Source: Candidatus Sulfopaludibacter sp. SbA3
GTDB lineage: Bacteria > Acidobacteriota > Vicinamibacteria > Vicinamibacterales > UBA2999
Reading direction: 5' to 3'
Length of the DNA: 40,307 bases
Assembly (NCBI GenBank): GCA_945866285.1
Contig: CAMBHC010000001.1
Coordinates: 1 to 40,307 of the forward strand
Of the stretch, positions 1-6,879 are shown piece by piece. The number at the start of each line of letters is the position of its first letter. Within the stretch, counting starts at the first letter, position 1. Below the pieces are notes generated by a model. That model ran no database searches, was not told the origin of the DNA, and was given only the letters and a program-made list of their open reading frames with translations. The position numbers and the translations under genes are program-made.

Positions 1-2
1 GC

Positions 3-242
3 ATCCGGCTGGTCGCGTCGGCGTCGCGCCACGGCGGCAAGGTGCGCGCGGTCGTCGAGCCGCAGGAACTGGACCACCACGACCCCCTGGCGAACCTCGT
101 CGGTCTCGAGAACGCGCTGTATCTCAACACCGACCTGCTCGGCGAGGTCGGCATCGTCCAACGAACCGGCAGCCTCACGCAAACCGCCTATGCGCTGCTG
201 AGCGACCTCGCGCGCATCTCTCAACGTCTTCATGACCTTTAA
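3..242 (+). CDS. 3'-terminal fragment of a gene entering from the left edge; homoserine-dehydrogenase-family C-terminus (tentative)
   Basis: Frame open from base 3 to TAA 240-242. The tail ..DPLANLVGLENALYLNTDLLGEV..TQTAYALLSDL fits the HSDH C-terminal pattern (PLA.V.G..NA ... TA.AV..DL), but the usual GAGAG stretch is not conserved. Confidence 0.35.
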   Translation: MRLVASASRHGGKVRAVVEPQELDHHDPLANLVGLENALYLNTDLLGEVGIVQRTGSLTQTAYALLSDLARISQRLHDL

Positions 243-263
243 CTTCTTAACTCGTGGACGCTC

Positions 264-1451
264 ATGCCCGGACCATTAACAGGCTTTACCGTTCTGGATC
301 TCACCCGTGTGCTGTCGGGGCCGTACTGCACGATGGTGCTCGGCGATCTCGGCGCACGCATCATCAAGGTTGAGCAGCCCGGCAAGGGCGACGACACGCG
401 GGCCTGGGGCCCGCCGTTCCTCGGCGAGGAGAGCGCGTACTTCCTGAGCATCAACCGCAACAAGGAAAGCGTCACGCTCGACTACAAACCGGCGGCCGGC
501 CGCAAGGTGCTCGCGGAGCTGATCGCGAAGGCCGACGTGCTGGTGGAGAACTTCCGTCCCGGCACCCTCGAGCGCGCCGGGTTCGGGTGGGACGCGGTGC
601 ACCAGGAGTTCCCACGACTCGTCTACGCATCGATCGCGGGCTATGGGCAAACCGGGCCGCGCAAGGACGAGGCCGGCTACGACGCCGTCATGCAGGCGGA
701 AGGCGGTCTGATGAGCGTGACTGGCGACGCCGATCGTCCGGGCTACCGACTGGGCGTGGCGATCACCGACATGGTCGCGGGGCTCTACTGCTCACAAGGG
801 ATCACCGCGGCGTTGCTGGCGCGCGAGCGCTCCGGCGAGGGACAGCGCGTCGACATCGGGATGCTCGACACCACGGCCGCCCTGCTCACCTACCAGGCCG
901 CCAACTGGTTCGCCACCGGGCAGACGCCGCAACGCCGGGGCAACCGCCACGCGACAATTGCTCCATACGAGACGTTCACCACCGCCGACGGCGAGATCGT
1001 GGTCGCGGTGGGCAACGACGACCTCTGGAAGCGCTTCTGCCCGGCGGTGGGCCTGCCCGAGCTGGCCGCCAATCCGCGCTTTGCGACCAACCGCGATCGC
1101 ATGGCCAACTACGACGACATGCGGCCGCCCATCGATCGCGTCTTCCGCACCGCGACCAATGCCGAGTGGATTGCACGGCTGAATGCCGCCGGCGTGGCCA
1201 ACGGCGAGGTGCGCGACATTGGACAGATGCTGAACGACCCACAACTGGCCGCCCGCGAGATGGTGCAGACGATGATGCACCCCACGGTCGGCGCGATCCG
1301 GGTGGTCGGCGCCCCCATCAAGCTGTCGGCCACGCCCGCCAGCCTGCGAACCCCGCCGCCGGTGCTGGGCCAGCACACCGATGCGGTACTCGCCGAGCTG
1401 GGCTACGCGGCCGGAGAGATCGCTGCCCTGCGAGCGAATCGGGTGGTGTGA
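264..1451 (+). CDS. Family III CoA-transferase (CaiB/BaiF type)
   Basis: 395-aa ORF. The N-terminus LTGFTVLDLTRVLSGPYCTMVLGDLGARIIKVE, plus ENFRPG and GYDAVMQAEGG, are typical family III CoA-transferase motifs. Confidence 0.9.
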   Translation: MPGPLTGFTVLDLTRVLSGPYCTMVLGDLGARIIKVEQPGKGDDTRAWGPPFLGEESAYFLSINRNKESVTLDYKPAAGRKVLAELIAKADVLVENFRPGTLERAGFGWDAVHQEFPRLVYASIAGYGQTGPRKDEAGYDAVMQAEGGLMSVTGDADRPGYRLGVAITDMVAGLYCSQGITAALLARERSGEGQRVDIGMLDTTAALLTYQAANWFATGQTPQRRGNRHATIAPYETFTTADGEIVVAVGNDDLWKRFCPAVGLPELAANPRFATNRDRMANYDDMRPPIDRVFRTATNAEWIARLNAAGVANGEVRDIGQMLNDPQLAAREMVQTMMHPTVGAIRVVGAPIKLSATPASLRTPPPVLGQHTDAVLAELGYAAGEIAALRANRVV

Positions 1452-1452
1452 T

Positions 1453-1476
1453 CCAAGCCCCCAAGTCCCCAAGCCC
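1453..1476 (+). repeat. Three tandem 8-bp units CCAAGCCC / CCAAGTCC / CCAAGCCC
   Basis: Read directly from the sequence. It lies immediately after the CoA-transferase stop (1449-1451) and 24 bp upstream of the ATG at 1500. Confidence 0.6.
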
Positions 1477-1499
1477 CTTAACGAAGTAAGATCACGTTA

Positions 1500-1928
1500 A
1501 TGGCTGATGTTGCTCTCGTCCGGAAGCGGGTCAAGACCGCGATTGAACAGGCTCGGCGGGATCAGGCGGAACGCCGTGGGCGCGTCACCGAGGCGACCAG
1601 GGCCTATGAGGGCTTCCTCGAGAACGCGGCCATCCCGGTCTTCAAGATGTTCGCGAACATCCTCAAGTCCGAAGGCCTGCACTTCGAGGTGATGACGCCA
1701 GCCGGTGGCGTGCGCCTGCAGTCGGAGCGGCAGCGCGATGATTGCATCGAGATGGAACTCGATACGACCGCGGATCCGCCGCAGCCGCTCGTCACCATCA
1801 CGCGCGTCCGCGGCAGCCGCATCGTCCAGTCGGATCGCTCCATCAAGGGCAGCAACCCGCTGGTGCAGCTGACCGAAGATGATGTGATCGAGATGCTGCT
1901 GGAAGAACTGCGACCCTGGCTGCTTTAG
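1500..1928 (+). CDS. Hypothetical protein (142 aa), no recognisable family
   Basis: ATG-initiated ORF with coding-like composition, unlike the Arg/Gly-rich antisense frames. Convergent with the PilT-like gene. No motif recognised. Confidence 0.55.
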   Translation: MADVALVRKRVKTAIEQARRDQAERRGRVTEATRAYEGFLENAAIPVFKMFANILKSEGLHFEVMTPAGGVRLQSERQRDDCIEMELDTTADPPQPLVTITRVRGSRIVQSDRSIKGSNPLVQLTEDDVIEMLLEELRPWLL

Positions 1929-1973
1929 CCATCAGACGGGTCTAACGACCCGCCGCTACGTCTCGGTTGACAC

Positions 1974-3707
1974 TTAGGCGAGCCGCTCGACCACGCTCGT
2001 GTCGATGCCTTCGCGCTTGAGGCCGGCCAGCAGGCGATCGCGATCCGGCGACTTGCGGAACGCTTCGCGGACATCAACAACCCCTGAGTGCACGAGCCCA
2101 ACCAGCGCGTCGGCCAGCGGCACCATGCCATGCTTGCGGCCGCCTTCGAGTGCGGCTTGCAGCTGTCCCGACGAGCCGTCGCTGATCACGCGGGTGACCG
2201 CCGCGGTGGCCAGCAGCACTTCGCGCGCCGCCACCCGGCCGCCGCCCGACTTCTTCAAGAGCACCTGCGCGACCGCGCCGCGGAAGGTTTCCGCCATCGC
2301 CGCGCGCACGCCCGCGCGCGCATCGGCCGGTGCCAGTTCCACGAAGCGCTCCACGGCCTCGATAGTCGAGGGCGCGGTGATCGAGACGAACACCAGGCCT
2401 TCTGATGCGGCCTGCAGTAGCAGCGGCACCATGTGCGCCGAGGCCAGGTCGTCCACGGCCAGCACATCCGGGTCTTCACGCAGGGCCGCGCGTGCGGCGC
2501 TCAGTGCGTCGTCCACACCGCCGCGAATTTCGCGCTGGCTGACAATCGCGGTGCGGTTGTCGTGCACGAGGCGGATCTGCCGTTCGAGCGTGACCACGTA
2601 CTCGGCCCGCTGACGATTGACCAGGTCGACGAGGGCCGAGACCAGGGTGGACTTGCCGTTGCCCGGCAAGGCGGCCACCAGCACCAGGCCCTGAGGCTCG
2701 GTGGCCAGGGCCTGCACTTCACGCGACAATCCCAACTGTTCGGCGGTCGCCGCGCGCGTCGCGATCATATGGAACACGACGCCGGGGCCGCGGTGATCCG
2801 TGAACGTGATGCAGCGCACGCGGCCGAGATCCGCAAACTCGGTGAGCCACTCCGTGGACTCGCCGCGACCAACGGCTTCCTGCTCGGCTTCGGGCACGAT
2901 TTCCATCACCGCGGACTCGACGTCGGCGCGGGAGAGTGGCGGTTCGCCGTCCAGCGGACGAATGTCGCCTTCGACCCGAATCGAGGGCCGGCAATCAGAG
3001 GTCACAAACAGCGCGGACGCGGCGCGGGCCGCGGCCAGGCGCAGCAGGCGCTCAACGCCGGAGCCGCGCATCGCGGCAGCCCGTGGCGGCACTTCAATGC
3101 GAACCGTCCGGGTCATCTGGAGAACGGGGGCACGCTCGGCGACGGCCGGCGCCTCGTCAATCACCACCGGCTCATCGATCGCGAGCGGTTCCTCGACGAG
3201 GGCCGGCGCATCAGCGACGATGGGCAGCTCTTCGACAACCGGAGCCGGCTCCTCGCTGACCAGCACCGGTTCCGCCATCACCTCGAGCGGCGCTTCACTG
3301 ACCTGTGCCGGCTGGTCGATGGCCGCAACGGGCACCGGCACGTCCACCAGTGTCGGCGGCACGTCGAGGTTCACCGGCGGCGCGGCCACCGCCGCCACCG
3401 ACTTGCGGCGACGGCGGATCTCAATCCAGATGTCGTCGCCCCCGCGAGCCGCCACCACCGTAAAGGCGTCGTGGTCCCGCGGCGGCAGGCGATGTTCGAC
3501 GGCGCCGAACTCCTCAAGCGAATCCTGGGCGGCCGCGGGCAGCAGCTGCTGCAGCATGCCGGTCATCGCGCCGAGGTTCAGGATCTGCGACGACAGCTCC
3601 TGCGTGCCCGCGCCCACGACAACGTACGGCCGCTCACCGACGTGCATCACCAGAGCGTCGCCATCGGCGCGGACCATCGCGGTCAGAAGAGATTCGACTA
3701 GTGCCAT
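1974..3707 (-). CDS. PilT/PilU-family secretion ATPase homologue with two N-terminal PilT-N domains, a Pro/Val/Ala/Glu-rich linker and degenerate catalytic motifs
   Basis: 577 aa. The C-terminal half aligns with PilT: LVLVAALPGNGKST (Walker A), REDPDVLAVDDL (Walker B region), LLKKSGGGRVAAREVL. Two copies of the PilT N-domain are present, at residues about 1-100 and about 215-320. Confidence 0.8.
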   Translation of the reverse strand: MALVESLLTAMVRADGDALVMHVGERPYVVVGAGTQELSSQILNLGAMTGMLQQLLPAAAQDSLEEFGAVEHRLPPRDHDAFTVVAARGGDDIWIEIRRRRKSVAAVAAPPVNLDVPPTLVDVPVPVAAIDQPAQVSEAPLEVMAEPVLVSEEPAPVVEELPIVADAPALVEEPLAIDEPVVIDEAPAVAERAPVLQMTRTVRIEVPPRAAAMRGSGVERLLRLAAARAASALFVTSDCRPSIRVEGDIRPLDGEPPLSRADVESAVMEIVPEAEQEAVGRGESTEWLTEFADLGRVRCITFTDHRGPGVVFHMIATRAATAEQLGLSREVQALATEPQGLVLVAALPGNGKSTLVSALVDLVNRQRAEYVVTLERQIRLVHDNRTAIVSQREIRGGVDDALSAARAALREDPDVLAVDDLASAHMVPLLLQAASEGLVFVSITAPSTIEAVERFVELAPADARAGVRAAMAETFRGAVAQVLLKKSGGGRVAAREVLLATAAVTRVISDGSSGQLQAALEGGRKHGMVPLADALVGLVHSGVVDVREAFRKSPDRDRLLAGLKREGIDTSVVERLA

Positions 3708-3850
3708 TCTTCAAAGTGCCAAGGGTGCCAGGGTGCCACAGGTGCCAGAGTACCAAGTGTGCCAGAGTGCGGTGCCGTGGCCCGCGTGCCAAGCTGTGTA
3801 TCGGCGAGCATTGGCCTGCACCTTGGCACGGTTGGCACCGTGGCACCTTC
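3701..3850. repeat. Array of GTGCCA (7 perfect, + strand) and inverted TGGCAC (3 perfect) hexamers with 8-9 bp periodicity
   Basis: GTGCCA at 3701, 3716, 3725, 3733, 3742, 3759 and 3786. Variants GTACCA at 3750 and GTGCCG at 3772. TGGCAC at 3824, 3833 and 3841. A 9-bp inverted repeat pairs 3785-3793 with 3822-3830. Confidence 0.85.
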
Positions 3851-3880
3851 TTAGTTCATCGGCTGCGGCGAGGGCAGACG

Positions 3881-4603
3881 TTAGCGAGACCGTTCGGCCA
3901 GGTGCAGGGTCATCAGGCCGAACAGCAGCGGCACCACGCGAACGTTGGTGAATCCACGCGCCGCGAGCAGCGCCGCGACACCGGTCGCGCCGGGGTAGCG
4001 GCGAATCGATGCCGGGATGTAGCGATACGTGTCGGGGTCGCGATGCAAGAGCCAACCGAGAGTGGCGCCAACCACCGTCAGGTACGACAGGTAGACGGCG
4101 CGGACCAGAGCGGGTTGCGGTCGATTGAAGTCCAGCGAGAGCAGGCGGCCGCCCGGCCGCAACACCCGGGCGATCTCGTCGATGGCGAGGGTGAGGTCCG
4201 GCACATTGCGAAGCCCATATCCCGTTGTCACGAGATCAAACGACGCGGACCGCAGCGGCAGGTCCGTCATGTCACCGGTGATGAAGCCGACGGGCGCTTG
4301 CCCGCCGTAGCCTTGGCGACGGTGGGCGAGTTGCAGCATGCGATGGGTGAGGTCCAGGCCGACCACCCGCGCGCCCTTGGCAGCCGCGGCGAAAGCGATG
4401 TCGCCGGTGCCGCAGGCCAGATCCAATGCGCGCTCCCCGGGCCGCACCTGCGCCATCTTGATGAGCGTCCGCTTCCAACGCGCATCCTGTCCGTAGGACA
4501 GCACCGCGGTGATGAGATCGTAGCGATCGGCAATGGTGGTGAACAGCGCGCGGTTGTAGGCGCGCTTGCGTTCGGGTGAATCGAATGCCGACCGCAGGGA
4601 CAT
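3881..4603 (-). CDS. ubiE: Demethylmenaquinone / ubiquinone biosynthesis C-methyltransferase (UbiE/MenG family)
   Basis: YDLITAVLSYGQDARWKR, LDLACGTGD (SAM motif I), FDLVTTGYGLRNVPD and LRPGGRLLSLDF. The start is taken at ATG 4603-4601 (MSLRSAFD..), which overlaps the feoB stop as ATGA; the longer ORF to 4696 would run into feoB. Confidence 0.85.
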   Translation of the reverse strand: MSLRSAFDSPERKRAYNRALFTTIADRYDLITAVLSYGQDARWKRTLIKMAQVRPGERALDLACGTGDIAFAAAAKGARVVGLDLTHRMLQLAHRRQGYGGQAPVGFITGDMTDLPLRSASFDLVTTGYGLRNVPDLTLAIDEIARVLRPGGRLLSLDFNRPQPALVRAVYLSYLTVVGATLGWLLHRDPDTYRYIPASIRRYPGATGVAALLAARGFTNVRVVPLLFGLMTLHLAERSR

Positions 4604-6006
4604 CAGAACCCGAAGACGGCGCGCGCTACCGCCGCCGTGAACAGCGTCACGATGAAGCCGAGGGCCAGCGGCATCAGCGCGCCGATCGCGGTCCACTTCG
4701 CGCTCAAGGTCTCTTTGTAGATGGTGATGATGGTCGTCGCGCAGGGATTGTGGAGCAGCGAAAACAGCATCAGGTTCACCGCCGTCAGCATGGTCCAGCC
4801 ATGCTGGTCCACGAGCAGGGCGCGCAGCCCATCCATGGAGTCCATCTCGGTCATCATGCCCTGGGACATGTACACCATCAGCATGGTCGGGACCACGATT
4901 TCGTTGGCCGGAATGGCGATGATGTACGCGAGCAGGATCACGCCGTCGAGACCCATCGCCCAGCCCAGCGGCTGGAGGAAATCAGCCGTCCGCGTCGCCA
5001 GGCTGACGCCGCCGGGCGAGATGTTGGCCAGCAGCCAGATCACCGCACCGGCCGGGGCCGCCGTGACGATCGCGCGCCACAACACGAACAGCGTGCGGTC
5101 AATCAGCGAGGTGTAGAGAATGCGGGCCATCGCCGGCCGCCGGTACGGCGGCAGCTCCAGGGTGAAGGCTGAGGCCTCACCGCGCAGCACCGTGCGCGAC
5201 AGCGCCCACGACACCACCAGCGTGAATGCCACGCCCACCAGCACGATGCCCACCACCGCCCCGGCGGCGACCAGCGACGCCACGGCTGGCGGGAACGCCG
5301 CCGCCACGAAGATCGTGGCCAGCATGATCAAGGTCGGAAAGCGGCCGTTGCAGGGCACGAAATTGTTGGTGAGAATCGCCACCAGCCGCTCGCGCGGCGA
5401 GTCGATCACGCGGGTCGCAATCACGCCGGCCGCGTTGCAGCCGAAGCCCATCGCCATCGACAGCGCCTGCTTGCCATGCGCCCCCGCGCGCTTGAACAGG
5501 TAGTCGAGATTGAACGCCACCCGCGGCAGGTAGCCGAGGTCCTCGAGAATGGTGAACAGCGGGAAGAAAATTGCCATCGGCGGCAGCATCACGCTGATCA
5601 CCCACGCCAGGCCGCGATAGACGCCGTGCCACACGAAGCCGGTGACCCACCACGGCACCCCGAGTTGCGTGAACCACGCCGCCGCCAGGTCTTCGAACCA
5701 GAAGAATCCGGTCGCGAGCATTTGCGACGGGACATTCGCGCCGACGATGGTCAGCCAGAAGATCACCGCCAGGATGCCCAGCATCAGCGGCAACCCGAAC
5801 AGTCGCGAGGTGACCACGCGATCGATTCGCTGATCGAGTTCAAGCGGACCCGAACCGGAATCCTGCACGGCCCGCCGCGTAATGCGCTCGACTTCCCCGT
5901 ACAGCGACGTCACGACCTCTTCGCGGAAGCCGGCATCGAGCGAACGGCGCAGCGCCGCCGCCTCGCGGACAATGTCGCCGGGGGTCACGGTCAGCGACTC
6001 GCTCAT
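4603..6006 (-). CDS. feoB: Ferrous iron transporter FeoB, membrane (permease) portion as a separate ORF
   Basis: 467-aa polytopic protein with FeoB gate/nucleoside-recognition-like segments (FGLPLMLGILAVIFWLT.., GFGCNAAGV, NFVPCNGRF). Its ATG overlaps the stop of the G-domain ORF (ATGA at 6003-6006). Confidence 0.85.
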   Translation of the reverse strand: MSESLTVTPGDIVREAAALRRSLDAGFREEVVTSLYGEVERITRRAVQDSGSGPLELDQRIDRVVTSRLFGLPLMLGILAVIFWLTIVGANVPSQMLATGFFWFEDLAAAWFTQLGVPWWVTGFVWHGVYRGLAWVISVMLPPMAIFFPLFTILEDLGYLPRVAFNLDYLFKRAGAHGKQALSMAMGFGCNAAGVIATRVIDSPRERLVAILTNNFVPCNGRFPTLIMLATIFVAAAFPPAVASLVAAGAVVGIVLVGVAFTLVVSWALSRTVLRGEASAFTLELPPYRRPAMARILYTSLIDRTLFVLWRAIVTAAPAGAVIWLLANISPGGVSLATRTADFLQPLGWAMGLDGVILLAYIIAIPANEIVVPTMLMVYMSQGMMTEMDSMDGLRALLVDQHGWTMLTAVNLMLFSLLHNPCATTIITIYKETLSAKWTAIGALMPLALGFIVTLFTAAVARAVFGF

Positions 6007-6821
6007 TGCGCGCCTTGCAGCGCGATTTTCCTGCTGAAGCGCGCGTCCGGCTTCTGCTGGCGCACCACCAGTTCGGCGAGTCGTCCGCTGGCCAGCGCTT
6101 CCTCAACCGGCACGTCGCCGTCGAGCAGGCGAATGGCAATCCAGCGTGCGTTCGGTACGCCAGGTGCGGCCGCTTCGATCATCGGCACCAGCTTGCTGAC
6201 CGCATGTTCGAACGCCGCCGTTCCCTTCGAGCGCAGCGGCTGGGTCACGGCTTCGCCCGAGGCCACCGCGGCCACTTCGCCGAGCAAGGCCATCATGTTC
6301 TCGCCAGTGCGCGCCACCACTGGAATGGCCGGCACGCCCAGATCGCGCGCCAGGCTGCGCGTGTCCACCGCGATGCCGCGGCGCTTCGCTTCATCCATGA
6401 GATTCACGGCAATGACGACGCGATCGGTGATCTCGAGCACCTGCAGGACCAGGTAGAGGTTGCGTTCGAGGGCGCTGGCATCCACCACCACCACGGTGCA
6501 GTCGGGGCGCCCGAACAACAGGAAGTTTCTCGCCACTTCCTCATCGTCGGAGGCCGAGAGCAGCGAGTAGGTGCCAGGCAGGTCGACGAGCTTGTAGCGG
6601 ACGCCGCCGAACTGGAAGCCGCCCTCGGCCCGCGTCACGGTCTTGCCGGGCCAGTTGCCGGTGTGCTGGCGAAGGCCGGTCAGGGAATTGAACAGCGTCG
6701 ACTTGCCGGTGTTCGGGTTGCCGGCCAGCGCGACCACATGATCGAACGCGCCGACCGCGGCCCCGAGCTGGGCCATCTCGGCGTGCACCGGGCAGGTTTC
6801 GCAATTGTGTTCAACGCTCAT
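6003..6821 (-). CDS. feoB: FeoB N-terminal GTPase (G-domain plus helical domain) as a separate ORF
   Basis: ALAGNPNTGKSTLFNSLTG (G1), GNWPGKTV (G2), VDLPGTYSL (G3) and AVNLMD (G4). Ends 4 nt into the permease ORF. Confidence 0.85.
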   Translation of the reverse strand: MSVEHNCETCPVHAEMAQLGAAVGAFDHVVALAGNPNTGKSTLFNSLTGLRQHTGNWPGKTVTRAEGGFQFGGVRYKLVDLPGTYSLLSASDDEEVARNFLLFGRPDCTVVVVDASALERNLYLVLQVLEITDRVVIAVNLMDEAKRRGIAVDTRSLARDLGVPAIPVVARTGENMMALLGEVAAVASGEAVTQPLRSKGTAAFEHAVSKLVPMIEAAAPGVPNARWIAIRLLDGDVPVEEALASGRLAELVVRQQKPDARFSRKIALQGAQ

Positions 6822-6842
6822 GATCGGTGTCTCAATTCGTCC

Positions 6843-6879
6843 TCACGCAAGCGGCTTGCGCAATCACGCAAGCGGCTTG
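6843..6879. repeat. 16-bp perfect direct repeat TCACGCAAGCGGCTTG (6843-6858 and 6864-6879)
   Basis: The second copy is the last 13 coding nt plus the stop of the DtxR-FeoA gene. The first copy lies in the 42-bp spacer before feoB. Each copy contains the near-palindrome GCAAGCGGCTTGC. Confidence 0.8.

Noticed and set aside
2433-3701. 422-aa + strand ORF antisense to the PilT-like gene
   Set aside because: The Arg/Gly/His/Asp-rich composition is typical of the antisense frame in high-GC DNA. No motif is recognisable, and the opposite strand has clear PilT homology.
3707-3850. Reading the TGGCAC array as one or more canonical sigma-54 promoters for the PilT-like gene
   Set aside because: I checked each TGGCAC on the minus strand. 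The following TTGG/GC elements sit 2-3 nt too close (for example TGGCACCCTTGGCA), or are absent. Sigma-54 needs strict GG-N10-GC spacing. The array is kept as a repeat or binding array, not a promoter call.
3702-3851. Possible small Cys-containing peptide in the + frame across the hexamer array (..KCQGCQGATGARVPSVPECG..)
   Set aside because: The frame is open for only ~50 codons between stops. It has no ATG and no ribosome-binding site, and its periodicity is explained by the DNA repeat itself.
4604-4696. Upstream extensions of several ORF-track entries: ubiE to 4696, nagA to 13582, the DHS-like gene to 15819, argH to 23512, the CbiX-like gene to 33309, and the HpcH-like gene from 10109
   Set aside because: The extensions overlap neighbouring genes or are Arg/Pro-rich. 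Internal starts give family-typical N-termini or signal peptides, and often ATGA-type coupling.
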